Source: an uncultured virus (IMG/VR IMGVR_UViG_3300037508_001334) (Duplodnaviria > Heunggongvirae > Uroviricota > Caudoviricetes). Taken from it: a stretch of 64,000 bases of DNA. Position numbers and translations under genes: made by a program. The stretch lies in IMG/VR virus record IMGVR_UViG_3300037508_001334, one strand, 5' to 3'. Position 1 is the stretch's first letter; each line of letters starts with the position of its first letter. Positions 20,130 to 31,257 of this stretch are shown here, piece after piece. The notes below the pieces were generated by a model that was not told where the DNA came from, did no database searches, and was given only the letters and a program-made list of their open reading frames with translations.

Positions 20130-21557
20130 ATGGCAATTACAACAACTACAATTTCAAAATCAGCAGGATGGGCAAGAACTGATGTTGTTCTACAACTTGA
20201 AGAAGCATTTACTTGGTTAGGTTGGCACGGAGGAACTCAAACTGGCATTGTAACAGGTATTAGTGCTTATAGTGGTGGTGGAATAGTTGGAACTTCAAAC
20301 ACAGATTATTATGATGTTTTTCCTGCGACAACTACAGGTATCGGGACTGGAGCAAGTTTTGCTGTTTATAGAAATAATGGGCCAGTAAATGCAATTTATG
20401 TTAATCGTCCTGGATATGGTTATACTGATGGAGAATATGTGACATTATCCGCAGAGGATATCGGTGGATCTGCAAATGGTGCTACTGGAATTGGAATTAC
20501 TGTTCAAGTTGCTGGTGGTGTTTCTCCAGTTGGATATGGATCTACCAATACCTTTTACGATAAAGATGTGACTGCAGGATCATTATATCCTTGGGGAGTT
20601 GTAAGACATACAATTCAGTCTAATAAAAACTTTGGAAATACTTATAGAGGATTTCAACCGACTTCGAATACTCAAATGTATATAATGAGTGGATCTGGAT
20701 TTCATCCTTGGGACACTACTAATACCTCTGACAGAGGAAATTCCTACAAAAATCGTTGGGCAGGGAATCAGTATTTTGATATACAGAATCAACCTATAGG
20801 CTCTAATTTAGAACTTTCCTCCTCTAGTCTTAATGGTGCAAATGTAGTTCAATCTATTACTTTTGCATCATCCAATTCTTATCAGTTAGATTTAAACTTA
20901 TATCGTTCTGGAATTGATCCAAACTTTGCCGTGTTTGCTTATAAACAACCAACTTTATCTTCTACAGATTTAAGTGACAATAATTTTCAGGTGTTTTTCT
21001 TTCATAATTTTACGACACCTATTTGGGATTTAGATTATTTGTATCTTGGTGGAGCAACATTTATTACTCCAGATACTAATCCATCAAGTTCTCCAGGAAT
21101 TACATTTAATACTTATTTGCATCCAGATGCAGTACCTGGATATGGCAAAAGATCTGCTGAATGGGGTTATAGTTCTTCAGGATCTTCTATTTATAAAACT
21201 AGTGTTTATGAGTCTTCATCATATCCAAATAGTGTTATAGATGAAACAACACTTTATTATAGAACCGCAGCAAATTCTCTAGGTGGGCAAAGCGTAACAA
21301 CTGACACATTAAATTCAAATACATTTTATAATGCAGTCATCAAAGGAATTCCACTTTCTACACAAATGATGCCAATTCCTTATTACTTACCTGATGATTT
21401 TGTTCTTATTGATTTCCAAATCAATACTCCATCGGTGAATGTCCAACAAGGAGATACAATTACTATTAGTGGTTCCGAAGTTTATACTGTAATTACTGGT
21501 TCTTATAATCAAACCGCAACAACTCGTGGTATTGCATTCTGTGCGAGGACAGTCTGA
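20130..21557 (+). CDS. Putative virion structural / fibre-associated protein (475 aa)
   Basis: Co-transcribed with the fibre gene; G/S/T/Y-rich; NRPGYGY repeat-type motif. Confidence 0.6.
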   Translation: MAITTTTISKSAGWARTDVVLQLEEAFTWLGWHGGTQTGIVTGISAYSGGGIVGTSNTDYYDVFPATTTGIGTGASFAVYRNNGPVNAIYVNRPGYGYTDGEYVTLSAEDIGGSANGATGIGITVQVAGGVSPVGYGSTNTFYDKDVTAGSLYPWGVVRHTIQSNKNFGNTYRGFQPTSNTQMYIMSGSGFHPWDTTNTSDRGNSYKNRWAGNQYFDIQNQPIGSNLELSSSSLNGANVVQSITFASSNSYQLDLNLYRSGIDPNFAVFAYKQPTLSSTDLSDNNFQVFFFHNFTTPIWDLDYLYLGGATFITPDTNPSSSPGITFNTYLHPDAVPGYGKRSAEWGYSSSGSSIYKTSVYESSSYPNSVIDETTLYYRTAANSLGGQSVTTDTLNSNTFYNAVIKGIPLSTQMMPIPYYLPDDFVLIDFQINTPSVNVQQGDTITISGSEVYTVITGSYNQTATTRGIAFCARTV

Positions 21558-21790
21558 TGGCAGATTATACCATTCCTGGATTAACTTCTGCAGTTGTTGG
21601 AATTGCATCTACAGTTGCATTTTTATCGCAGTCCCAAAATAGTGTAGATAATGTAACTGGAACTAATGGAACTATATCTGCGGGTAATATTGATTTAAGT
21701 AATGATGTTACGGATACTGTTCCTGGATGGCTAACTGGAAGAAGGCCAGTAAGTGGTCAGGTATTTCCTCGTGGTGTTTATAATAAATAG
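21557..21790 (+). CDS. Small hypothetical protein (77 aa)
   Basis: TGATG overlap; ends PGWLTGRRPVSGQVFPRGVYNK. Confidence 0.65.
   Translation: MADYTIPGLTSAVVGIASTVAFLSQSQNSVDNVTGTNGTISAGNIDLSNDVTDTVPGWLTGRRPVSGQVFPRGVYNK
21782..21789 (+). promoter_or_regulatory. Late promoter for gp8
   Basis: AATAAATA 20 nt upstream of the ATG at 21810. Confidence 0.7.
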
Positions 21791-21809
21791 ATAATAAAAA
21801 CTCTGTAAA

Positions 21810-23360
21810 ATGGCAGCAATTATAACTGATCAAATTAGAATATTGAATGCAAAGAATTTTGTCGCAGGAGTAAGTTCTTTCGGCAATTCATACTATTCTT
21901 TCGTTGGGTTACCAAATCCAACTGAAATTCAGTCTAATTGGGATACAAATCCACCAACACCAAAAGACTCTTTTGACGAAGAGAATAGTTATTGGGATAC
22001 TATGATTGCATTGAAGAAAATTAATGCGTCTGATGTGAGACAAGTTATTCAAAAAAGATTCTGGTCATCTGGAACAACTTATGATATGTATAGACACGAC
22101 TATAGTAGATCAAATACTGCTAAAGTGTCTGGTGCCACTAATTTGTATTCCGCATCTTTTTATGTAATAAACAGTGATTATAGAGTTTATATTTGTTTGC
22201 AAAATGGTACTACTCCAGATACATCTAATGGGAAACCATCATTAGATGAACCAACATTTACAGATTTAGAACCAAGATCTGCTGGAACAAGTGGAGATGG
22301 TTATATTTGGAAGTATCTTTATACATTAAAACCATCTGAAGTTGCAAAATTTGAAACTTCAGATTTTATTCCAGTTCCCGCAAATTGGGAAACTTCAACA
22401 GATAATGCTGCAGTAAGAAATAATGCGATAGATGGGTCAATTAAAATTGTAACTATTACAAATAGGGGAGTTGGGTTAGGAACGGCAAATAGAACTTATA
22501 CTAGAGTTCCCATTAAAGGTGATGGTACTGGCGCTGAATGTACAATAATTATCAATAATGATCAAAAAGTTGAATCCATTATAGTTTCAAGACAAGGATC
22601 TGGATATACTTATGGAAATGTAGATTTAGTTTCTGGAAATGTCCCAACAGGAACAACTATACCAACTTTTGATGTAATTATTTCACCTAAAGGTGGCCAC
22701 GGTGCAGATATATATCGTGAACTTGGTGCATATAACGTTCTTCTTTATTCTAGAATTGAAAATGACAATCAAAATCCAGATTTTATAACAGGAAATCAAA
22801 TTGCTAGAATTGGAATAGTTGAGAATCCAAGAGTAAGTTCTGGAAGTTTACTTACTTCAGATAAAGCAAGTGCTCTTTATGCGTTAAGACTTACGGGAAC
22901 GGGATATAGTTCAGCATCTTTTACTGCAGATTCATATTTTACACAAACAGTTGCGACAGGGACTACTGCAGTAGGGAGAGTTGTTAGTTATGATCAAACC
23001 ACAGGAGTTCTCAAATATTGGCAAGATCGTTCTCTTGCAGGATTTACTACCGTAGGCGCGGCAGTCACAAATCCATCATACGGGTTTGATTTGACTGAAT
23101 TTACAAGTTCTCCTGCAACTGGGGGAAGTTTAATGATTATACCTTCATCCGGATCAAATTTATCAATAAATACGTCATTTTCGGGTATATCAACAGTAAT
23201 AAATAATAGAATATATTATCTTGGTCAAGAATTTACAAATGGTATTGCTTCTCCTGAGGTTAAAAAATATTCAGGAAACATAATTTATGTGGACAATCGT
23301 CCGGCAATTACCAGATCCTCAAACCAAAAAGAAGATATTAAAGTCATTTTGCAGTTCTAA
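21810..23360 (+). CDS. gp8: Baseplate wedge subunit gp8
   Basis: MAAIITDQIRILNAKNF, W.SGTTYDMYRHDY, YRVYICL.N and DGYIWKYLY motifs. Confidence 0.92.
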   Translation: MAAIITDQIRILNAKNFVAGVSSFGNSYYSFVGLPNPTEIQSNWDTNPPTPKDSFDEENSYWDTMIALKKINASDVRQVIQKRFWSSGTTYDMYRHDYSRSNTAKVSGATNLYSASFYVINSDYRVYICLQNGTTPDTSNGKPSLDEPTFTDLEPRSAGTSGDGYIWKYLYTLKPSEVAKFETSDFIPVPANWETSTDNAAVRNNAIDGSIKIVTITNRGVGLGTANRTYTRVPIKGDGTGAECTIIINNDQKVESIIVSRQGSGYTYGNVDLVSGNVPTGTTIPTFDVIISPKGGHGADIYRELGAYNVLLYSRIENDNQNPDFITGNQIARIGIVENPRVSSGSLLTSDKASALYALRLTGTGYSSASFTADSYFTQTVATGTTAVGRVVSYDQTTGVLKYWQDRSLAGFTTVGAAVTNPSYGFDLTEFTSSPATGGSLMIIPSSGSNLSINTSFSGISTVINNRIYYLGQEFTNGIASPEVKKYSGNIIYVDNRPAITRSSNQKEDIKVILQF

Positions 23361-23366
23361 AGAATT

Positions 23367-26300
23367 ATGTCTCAAGAAACTAATCTTAATGTATCTCCAT
23401 ACTTTGATGATTTTGATGCTAATAATGACTATTATAAGGTTCTTTTTAAACCGGGTTATCCAGTACAAGCAAGAGAACTAACAACTTTACAATCAATATT
23501 ACAAAATCAAATTGAAAAATTTGGTCAGCACTTTTTTAAAGAGGGGGCCAAAGTAATTCCAGGTAATACTGGATATACTCAATTGTACTATGCAGTAGAA
23601 CTTCAAAATACTTATCTAGGAATTCCTGTTTCTGCATATGCCGACCAATTAATAGGAACAAAAATAACAGGACAAACTTCAGGAGTAACTGCAGTAGTTG
23701 ATAAGATTTTACTACCAGCAGATTCTGAAAGAGGTAATTTAACATTGTATGTAAATTACTTAGCATCCAACACTCAAAATAACTCAACACAACAATTTGC
23801 CGATGGAGAACTTTTATCTTCCAATACGCAAATTACATCAGGTCTTCTTGGCAATTCTCTAATTTCTGTTGGACAACCATTTGCATCTACGATTGCGCAA
23901 AATGCAACTTCAATTGGATCCGCATTTTCGATTACAAATGGAGTTTATTTTATACGAGGGCATTTTGTAACTGTTGAAAGTGAAACTTTAATTTTAGATC
24001 AATATTCAAATAAACCAAATTATAGAGTTGGTCTATTTGTCAATGAGGAAATTGTCACATCTGATCTTGATGAATCACTAAATGATAATTCTCAGGGATT
24101 TAATAATTATTCTGCGCCAGGAGCAGATAGATTAAAAATCACAGTATCATTATTTAAAAAATCGTTAACTGATTTTGATGATGGAAGTTTTATTGAATTG
24201 GCAACAATTAAGGAAGGAATAATCCGTTCTCAACAAACAACTGGATATAATTCCATTACTGATGAATTGGCAAGAAGAACTTATGCAGAATCTGGAGACT
24301 ATTATGTAATTCCGTTTGATGCTGCATTAAAAGAATCATTAAATGATAATTTAGGAAATAACGGCATCTTTAATGTAGGACAGTTTACTTATGGTGGATC
24401 TACTCCATCAAATGATTTATCCATTTATCAAATTTCTCCAGGTAAAGCATTTGTTAGAGGATACGAATGCGAAACAATAAGTTCTACATTTTTAGATTGT
24501 CCCAAACCAAGAACAACTAAAACTTTAGAAAATCAATCATTAAATTACAATACCGGACCCACTTTTAAATTAAATAGAGTTTATGGATCTCCTAAAATAG
24601 GGATTGGAAATACTTACATATTAAGTCTTCGTGACTCAAGAGTTGGATCATCTCAAACTACATCTGCAGGAAAAGAAATTGGTGTAGCGAGAGTTTATGA
24701 TTTTAGATTAGAATCGGGATCATATGACACATCCAATTCAAATTTGAATCAGTGGAATATTTCTTTGTATGACATTCAAACAATCACTGAAATTACTTTA
24801 AACGAGCCAATTACTCTTTCTGTTCCGACTTTTATTAGGGGTAAAAATAGTGGTGCTACCGCATTCATAAAAACTGCAGTTACGGCAGGAACTGCAGTTA
24901 CTGTTTATGAAAAAACAGGAGATTTTATACTCAATGAGTCTTTTATTATTGATGGTATTGAAAATTCGAGGGTAGCAATTGCAATTACTTCATACGGAAT
25001 TTCTGATGTAAAATCAGTATATGGAATTGTTGGTTCAGCATCAACTTTTTCCGCAGATACGGTTCAATCATTGGGATTTAATGTCGGTATTGCTACAATC
25101 AGTACTTCATCCGGTGGGGTCAGTACTGTAACGAGCCCCAATTCACTATTTCCGGGAAAAATTGTCAAACTTGGTAATTTAGTACAATATAGTGATCCCT
25201 CAAGTAGAGACCCAATCATTGCAAAAGTGGTAGGATTAGGAAATACAACAATTTCCATTACTGGTGTTACTGGAGTGTCTGGAATTTCTTCAGGATTTTT
25301 ACCATCTTCAACTTTAAATGCAACTGATTTTAAAATTTTAACAACAAATTTAGAGACTTCAACAGACAATACTTTATATACTAGACTTCCCAAAGTTAAT
25401 ATTTCTAATGTCGATTTGACAAACGCAGTTTTGGGAATTAGAACAGTATTTTCTGTCAATATTTCGGGAAATCAAACTACAACGGTTACTGCAGGACCAA
25501 ATGAAACATTTTTACCTTTTGATGAGGAAAGATATGCTTTAATTACATCAAGTGGACAAACTGAGGTTTTGACTTCAGATAAACTTCAAATCGATTCTAC
25601 TGGATCCCAATTAGCAATTTATAATTTATCAACTTCTTCTGATACTGGTGCTACATTAATTGCAACTACTAGAAAAATAAAACCAAAAGCAAAATTAAAA
25701 AGAAAAAATAAAGTAAATTCAATTATAGTAGATAAGTCAAAATATCAAGGATCTGGAATAGGTTCTACAACTTTAAATGATGGATTGACTTATGGCAAAT
25801 ACCCATTTGGAACTAGAGTTCAAGATGAAATTATCTCTTTAAATACGTCAGATATTATAGAAATTCACGGAATTTTTGAATCTGCAAATACTTCAGATGC
25901 ATCGGCACCAACATTAGATCTTTCCTCGATCAGTGGTCCAACTGCAACAACTTCAGATTTAATTGTTGGGGAAAGATTAATAGGACAAACTAGCGGGGCT
26001 GTTGCCATCTTTACAGAAAAACTTAATGATACAAAAATATCTTTTATATACAAAAATCAAAATATATTTAAAGAAGGAGAAACTTTAAAATTTGAAGAAT
26101 CTAAAATTCAATCTATTATACAAGCAATAGACTCTCCAAGTTTTGATGTATCGTCGAATTTTACTTTTACGAATGGGCAAGAATCTACTTTTTACGATTA
26201 CGGAACGGTAAAAAGAAAATTTAATTTACAAGAACCAACTAAAAAATTAAAAATATATTTTTCTAATGGATATTATGAATCTAATGATGATGGAGATATA

Positions 26301-29300
26301 ACAACTGTAAATTCATATAATACTTTTGATTATGGAAAAGAAATACAAACAGTAAATGGAATAAGAAATTCTGATATTATTGATATTAGACCAAAAACTT
26401 CTACTTATAATGTTATTGAAAATTCTCCATCACCATTAGAATTTTATGGAAGAACTTTTGATGTATCAGGAAATTCTGCTAAAAATATTTTAGCATCTGA
26501 TGAATCTATTACAACCACATTTTCATTCTATCTTGGAAGAATTGATAGAATTTATTTGACTAAAGATGGAAAATTTCAGGTTAAGTATGGAGTTCCATCA
26601 GAAAGACCAGAAAAACCTGTTTCTATAGATGATGCACTAGAAATTGCAACTATAGATTTGCCAGCTTATTTGTATAATACTACTCAGGCTACCATTCAAT
26701 TCTTAGAACATAAGAGATATAGAATGGTTGATATTAAGCAATTGGAAAATAGAATTAAAAATCTTGAGTATTATACTGCCCTTTCTTTACTCGAATCAAA
26801 TACAGCAAATCTTTTTATTCCCGATGGAGACGGTTTAAATAGATTTAAGTCTGGTTTCTTTGTCGATAATTTTACATCATTACTTGCACAAGAAGATTCA
26901 ATTTTTTATAAAAATAGTATTGATATTGCAAACAAACAGTTAAGACCAAGACATTATACAAATTCTATCGATTTAATTTCTGGCCCGGTAACAGGTGTAG
27001 ATCCAACGGAAGATTTAGCATTTACCCCAATTGAAGGTATAAATGTTAGAAAGTCAAAAGATGTAGTTACATTAGATTATGCGGAAGTTGAATGGTTAAA
27101 GCAATCATTTGCAACTAGATCTGAAAGTGTTACTCCTTTCTTAATTAGTTTTTGGCAGGGAACGTTAGAACTTACTCCAGCAACGGACACCTGGGTTGAT
27201 ACTGTAAGATTAGAAGCAAAAGTCATTCAAGCTGAGGGAAATTATGCGCAAACTCTTGCAAATGCTGTCAGAACATTAAATGTAGATCCACAGACAGGAT
27301 TTGCTCCTATAGTTTGGAATGCTTGGCAAACAAACTGGACTGGCCAAGAAGTTATTAACTCAACTAGAGTAAGAACTGAAACTGAAACAGGATCAACTTT
27401 TGGTGTTGGTGGATGGATTAATGGTGGAAGTGGAGTTGCTCAACTTAGAAGAATCGAAACAACATCTGTTATTCAAGATAATTTAAGAGAAACTAGAGAA
27501 ACTGGAGTTCAATCAAGAACTGGTTTAAGAACCATAGTAACTGAACAATTTGATAATACTTCTGTTGGTGATCGAGTCGTAAGTAGAAATCTCATTCCAT
27601 ATATGAGATCTAGAAATATTCAGTTTGTTTCTAAAAAACTTAAACCATTAACTCAAATTTATACTTTCTTTGATGGAGTTGATGTAACTAAATATTGTGT
27701 TCCAAAATTATTAGAAATTTCGATGATTTCTGGAACTTTTGAAGTTGGCGAAAAAGTATTAGGAATAATTCAAAATACAGGATTAAATCCAAGTATTGGG
27801 CAAGTTCTGACAAGAATCTCATTTAGAGTTGCACAGTCTAATCACAAAGAAGGTCCTTATAACGCAGCAACAATTACTTATCCAAATAATCCATATACAG
27901 GACAAATCTTACAACCAACTTATTCGTCAACATCAAATATTTTGAATGTTGATACATTTTCACTTTCAAACCAACCACAAGGAGAGTATAGTGGATGGGT
28001 AGAATCTGGAATGATATTAGTAGGTCAAACTAGTGGCGCACAAGCAACTATCACTAATGTGAGATTAGTTTCAGATTTATCGGCAACATTGATTGGAAGT
28101 TTCTTTGTCCCAAATCCAAATACAAATATTCATCCAAAATTTGAAACTGGAACAAAAACATTTACCTTAGTAAACAACAATTTAAATGATCAAAACGCTG
28201 CAACTACAATTGCTGAAGAAGGGTTTGTTTCAAGTGGAACTTTAGAGACAGTTCAAGAAAATATTATTTCAGTAAGAAATGCTAGAATTCAAAACAAACA
28301 AGAATTTGAAGAAAGGGCAGTATCTAGAACTACAGGAACTCAAGTTGTAGGTGGCACAACTTTGTCCCAATCGAGAAGAGATGTTTTGGTTGGTTGGTAT
28401 GATCCCCTTGCCCAATCTTTCTTAGTTGATGATGAAACGGGAGTTTTCTTAACCAAATGTGAGGTTTTCTTCAAATCTAAAGATGATATGGATATCCCTG
28501 TCACCTTCCAACTGAGAACGATGCAAAATGGATTCCCAACTCAAAGAATTCTTCCATTCTCAGAAATTACTTTAGATCCTGGAGATATTCAAACATCTGC
28601 AGATGGATCTGTAGCTACTACGTTTAATTTTGATGCTCCAGTTTACTTAGAGGGTGGAAAAGAATATTGCATATGTCTTGCATCAAACTCAACTAAGTAT
28701 AGTGTTTATATCTCAAGAATTGGCGAAAATGATCTTCTAACACAGACATTTATATCAAATCAACCATATCTTGGATCTTTATTTAAGTCTCAAAATGCTT
28801 CAACTTGGGAAGCAAGTCAATGGGAAGATCTTAAATTTACTCTTTATAGAGCAGATTTCTTAAATTCCGGAACAGTTGATTTCTATAATCCAGAATTAAG
28901 TCGAGGAAATAAACAAATTCCAACATTAATGCCAAATTCTCTCAGTCTGATTTCTAAAAAAATTAGAGTTGGACTTGGATCAACAGTGCAAGATTCTGGA
29001 CTAATCTTAGGAAATACTGTTATTCAGCAAGGCACTAATGCAACTGCAAATTATGTTGGATCTGCTGGGAGCGCATCTGGAACTTTAACTGTAATTAATT
29101 CTGGAATTGGATATACTCCATCTAGTGGTGGATTATCAATTAATAACATCAATCTTGTTACAGTCACTGGTAGTGGTAAAAATGCAACAGCAAATGTAAC
29201 TGTTTCTAATGGTGTTGCTATTGCTGCAACAATTACAAATGGTGGAGTTGGTTATCAAGTTGGTGATGTAGTTGGAATTAGCACATTTGGTTCTGTTCCT

Positions 29301-30842
29301 GTTGGGAGGAACGCAAGATTTTCGATCGTTTCAATTGCAAGCACAAATCAATTAATACTTGATAATGTACAAGGCGATTTTGTTGTTGGGGCAGCAAAAA
29401 CAGTTCAATACATTAATAGTTCTGGTATAACGACAACTTTAAATTCTTCAACTGGTGGCGGTGTACTTATAAATTCTATAGAAACAATCAGTGATGGACT
29501 GCATATTAAAGTAAACCATCAAAATCATGGAATGTACTCCAGTGAAAATTATGTTACCATTTTCGATGCACAATCGGATATTAATCCAACAAAATTAAGC
29601 ATTGCATACAATATAAACTCATCTGGATCAATTAGTGTTGATAACGCATCTAATTTTGCAACTTTTGAAAATGTTGGTGTTGGAACAACTAACCCGGGTT
29701 ATCTATTAATAGGTGATGAAATTATCAAATATACTTCAGTTTCTGGTAATTTAATTGGTGGTGATATCTCTAGAGGGACAAATTCAATGAATTACCCAAC
29801 AGGAACTCCAGTTTACAAATATGAGCTGGGAGGAGTCTCTTTAAAAAGAATTAATAAGACCCATTATTTAAATGATGTTACTGTTTCAGATGCAATAACA
29901 TTCGATTCTTATCATATAAAACTTGATATGGGAGATATGGGCCAAAATGGCATTGGTAGAACTGACGGTGTTGGTTATCCGCAACTTTATATCAATCAAA
30001 CTAAATCTGCTGGTGGATATAAAACTAAAGCAACACAAAATATGCCTTATGAAATAGTTACTCCTATTGTTCAGAATTTAACAGTAAGAGGAACTTCTTT
30101 AAGTGCTTCCCTAAGAACAGTTACAGCATCAAGTATAAGTGGAAATGAAATTCCATTCATTGATAATGGATTTGAAACTATTAGTATTGGAAAACCCAAT
30201 TATTTGGATAGCACAAGAATAATATGTTCCAGAGTTAATGAAAATTTAAAATTATTAAATCTTCCCGGAAACAAATCAATGAATCTTAGATTACAACTTG
30301 ATACGGTAGATTCTAGACTAACTCCAGTTCTTGATACACAAAGAATAAGTACAATATTAACTTCAAACAGAGTTAACAACGTTATTTCAAATTATGCAAC
30401 TGATTCTAGAGTCAATACAGTTGATCAAGATCCCACCGCATTCCAATATATTTCAAAAGAAATTAATTTGGAAAATGGAGCAAGTTCCATCAAAATTCTG
30501 TTAAATGCTCATATTAATCAGTATTGCGATATAAGAGCTTTATATGCTATTAGTGAAAAACCAAACTTCAATCCAGTTTTCATACCATTCCCAGGATATA
30601 TGAATTTAAATACTAAAAATGAAATTATAAATTTTGCCGATAGTGACGGGAGATCTGATGTATTTGTAACCCCAACTCAATCATTGGGATTTGAAACTTC
30701 TGAGATAGAATTCAAAGAATACTCATTCACTATAGATAAATTGCCATCATTTAAATCATATAGAATTAAATTAGTTCTAACATCAACAAATCAAGTTTAT
30801 GTTCCAAGAATTAAAGATTTGAGAGTAATTGCTTTGGCATAA
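23367..30842 (+). CDS. Large virion structural protein (DUF4815/VrlC-like, 2491 aa)
   Basis: NVSPYFDDF, LFKPGYPVQARELTTLQS, APGADR, RFKSGFFVDNF, DPLAQSF, GSLFKSQN..TW and P.IKDLRVIALA motifs. Confidence 0.85.
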   Translation: MSQETNLNVSPYFDDFDANNDYYKVLFKPGYPVQARELTTLQSILQNQIEKFGQHFFKEGAKVIPGNTGYTQLYYAVELQNTYLGIPVSAYADQLIGTKITGQTSGVTAVVDKILLPADSERGNLTLYVNYLASNTQNNSTQQFADGELLSSNTQITSGLLGNSLISVGQPFASTIAQNATSIGSAFSITNGVYFIRGHFVTVESETLILDQYSNKPNYRVGLFVNEEIVTSDLDESLNDNSQGFNNYSAPGADRLKITVSLFKKSLTDFDDGSFIELATIKEGIIRSQQTTGYNSITDELARRTYAESGDYYVIPFDAALKESLNDNLGNNGIFNVGQFTYGGSTPSNDLSIYQISPGKAFVRGYECETISSTFLDCPKPRTTKTLENQSLNYNTGPTFKLNRVYGSPKIGIGNTYILSLRDSRVGSSQTTSAGKEIGVARVYDFRLESGSYDTSNSNLNQWNISLYDIQTITEITLNEPITLSVPTFIRGKNSGATAFIKTAVTAGTAVTVYEKTGDFILNESFIIDGIENSRVAIAITSYGISDVKSVYGIVGSASTFSADTVQSLGFNVGIATISTSSGGVSTVTSPNSLFPGKIVKLGNLVQYSDPSSRDPIIAKVVGLGNTTISITGVTGVSGISSGFLPSSTLNATDFKILTTNLETSTDNTLYTRLPKVNISNVDLTNAVLGIRTVFSVNISGNQTTTVTAGPNETFLPFDEERYALITSSGQTEVLTSDKLQIDSTGSQLAIYNLSTSSDTGATLIATTRKIKPKAKLKRKNKVNSIIVDKSKYQGSGIGSTTLNDGLTYGKYPFGTRVQDEIISLNTSDIIEIHGIFESANTSDASAPTLDLSSISGPTATTSDLIVGERLIGQTSGAVAIFTEKLNDTKISFIYKNQNIFKEGETLKFEESKIQSIIQAIDSPSFDVSSNFTFTNGQESTFYDYGTVKRKFNLQEPTKKLKIYFSNGYYESNDDGDITTVNSYNTFDYGKEIQTVNGIRNSDIIDIRPKTSTYNVIENSPSPLEFYGRTFDVSGNSAKNILASDESITTTFSFYLGRIDRIYLTKDGKFQVKYGVPSERPEKPVSIDDALEIATIDLPAYLYNTTQATIQFLEHKRYRMVDIKQLENRIKNLEYYTALSLLESNTANLFIPDGDGLNRFKSGFFVDNFTSLLAQEDSIFYKNSIDIANKQLRPRHYTNSIDLISGPVTGVDPTEDLAFTPIEGINVRKSKDVVTLDYAEVEWLKQSFATRSESVTPFLISFWQGTLELTPATDTWVDTVRLEAKVIQAEGNYAQTLANAVRTLNVDPQTGFAPIVWNAWQTNWTGQEVINSTRVRTETETGSTFGVGGWINGGSGVAQLRRIETTSVIQDNLRETRETGVQSRTGLRTIVTEQFDNTSVGDRVVSRNLIPYMRSRNIQFVSKKLKPLTQIYTFFDGVDVTKYCVPKLLEISMISGTFEVGEKVLGIIQNTGLNPSIGQVLTRISFRVAQSNHKEGPYNAATITYPNNPYTGQILQPTYSSTSNILNVDTFSLSNQPQGEYSGWVESGMILVGQTSGAQATITNVRLVSDLSATLIGSFFVPNPNTNIHPKFETGTKTFTLVNNNLNDQNAATTIAEEGFVSSGTLETVQENIISVRNARIQNKQEFEERAVSRTTGTQVVGGTTLSQSRRDVLVGWYDPLAQSFLVDDETGVFLTKCEVFFKSKDDMDIPVTFQLRTMQNGFPTQRILPFSEITLDPGDIQTSADGSVATTFNFDAPVYLEGGKEYCICLASNSTKYSVYISRIGENDLLTQTFISNQPYLGSLFKSQNASTWEASQWEDLKFTLYRADFLNSGTVDFYNPELSRGNKQIPTLMPNSLSLISKKIRVGLGSTVQDSGLILGNTVIQQGTNATANYVGSAGSASGTLTVINSGIGYTPSSGGLSINNINLVTVTGSGKNATANVTVSNGVAIAATITNGGVGYQVGDVVGISTFGSVPVGRNARFSIVSIASTNQLILDNVQGDFVVGAAKTVQYINSSGITTTLNSSTGGGVLINSIETISDGLHIKVNHQNHGMYSSENYVTIFDAQSDINPTKLSIAYNINSSGSISVDNASNFATFENVGVGTTNPGYLLIGDEIIKYTSVSGNLIGGDISRGTNSMNYPTGTPVYKYELGGVSLKRINKTHYLNDVTVSDAITFDSYHIKLDMGDMGQNGIGRTDGVGYPQLYINQTKSAGGYKTKATQNMPYEIVTPIVQNLTVRGTSLSASLRTVTASSISGNEIPFIDNGFETISIGKPNYLDSTRIICSRVNENLKLLNLPGNKSMNLRLQLDTVDSRLTPVLDTQRISTILTSNRVNNVISNYATDSRVNTVDQDPTAFQYISKEINLENGASSIKILLNAHINQYCDIRALYAISEKPNFNPVFIPFPGYMNLNTKNEIINFADSDGRSDVFVTPTQSLGFETSEIEFKEYSFTIDKLPSFKSYRIKLVLTSTNQVYVPRIKDLRVIALA

Positions 30843-30848
30843 AATATT

Positions 30849-31073
30849 ATGGAATATTTAAAAGTTGAAGGATATTCGCATTTAGTAAGAGATAAATGCA
30901 CAAATTCAATTATTAATACAAATATGTCAGAATATCAAGAATATATTTCTAGAAAAAATGCAAAAAATATGGAGAATCAAAAAGTACAGAATTTAGAAAA
31001 AGATCTTGCTAATATGAAGGAAGATATTAATGAAATTAAAAATTTACTTCGGAGTTTAATAAATGAATCCTGA
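30849..31073 (+). CDS. Hypothetical coiled-coil protein (74 aa)
   Basis: KVEG..LVRD...SIIN N-terminus, heptad C-terminus. Confidence 0.75.
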   Translation: MEYLKVEGYSHLVRDKCTNSIINTNMSEYQEYISRKNAKNMENQKVQNLEKDLANMKEDINEIKNLLRSLINES

Positions 31074-31236
31074 TCAAATTAAGTTGGATGATTTATCTAA
31101 AAGTTTTGAATATACAAAATCTTGCATTGAAATAGATTGCATAGAAGATATTGAACAGATTAAAATAATCGCAAAATCTTATATTAAATTATACTTAAAG
31201 CAACAAGAAGTTTTGAAAGACTTAATTAAACTATAA
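31063..31236 (+). CDS. 57-aa helical protein, possibly NblA-like (not in ORF track)
   Basis: GGAG at 31051-31054; MNPDQIKLDDLSKSFEYTKSCIEIDCIEDIEQIKIIAKSYIKLYLKQQEVLKDLIKL fills the gap before gp13; confidence refers to the CDS, not the function. Confidence 0.7.
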   Translation: MNPDQIKLDDLSKSFEYTKSCIEIDCIEDIEQIKIIAKSYIKLYLKQQEVLKDLIKL

Positions 31237-31239
31237 ATA
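31232..31239 (+). promoter_or_regulatory. Late promoter for gp13
   Basis: Exact TATAAATA 18 nt upstream of the ATG. Confidence 0.85.
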
Positions 31240-31257
31240 TTTTAAAAAGTAGAAAAT

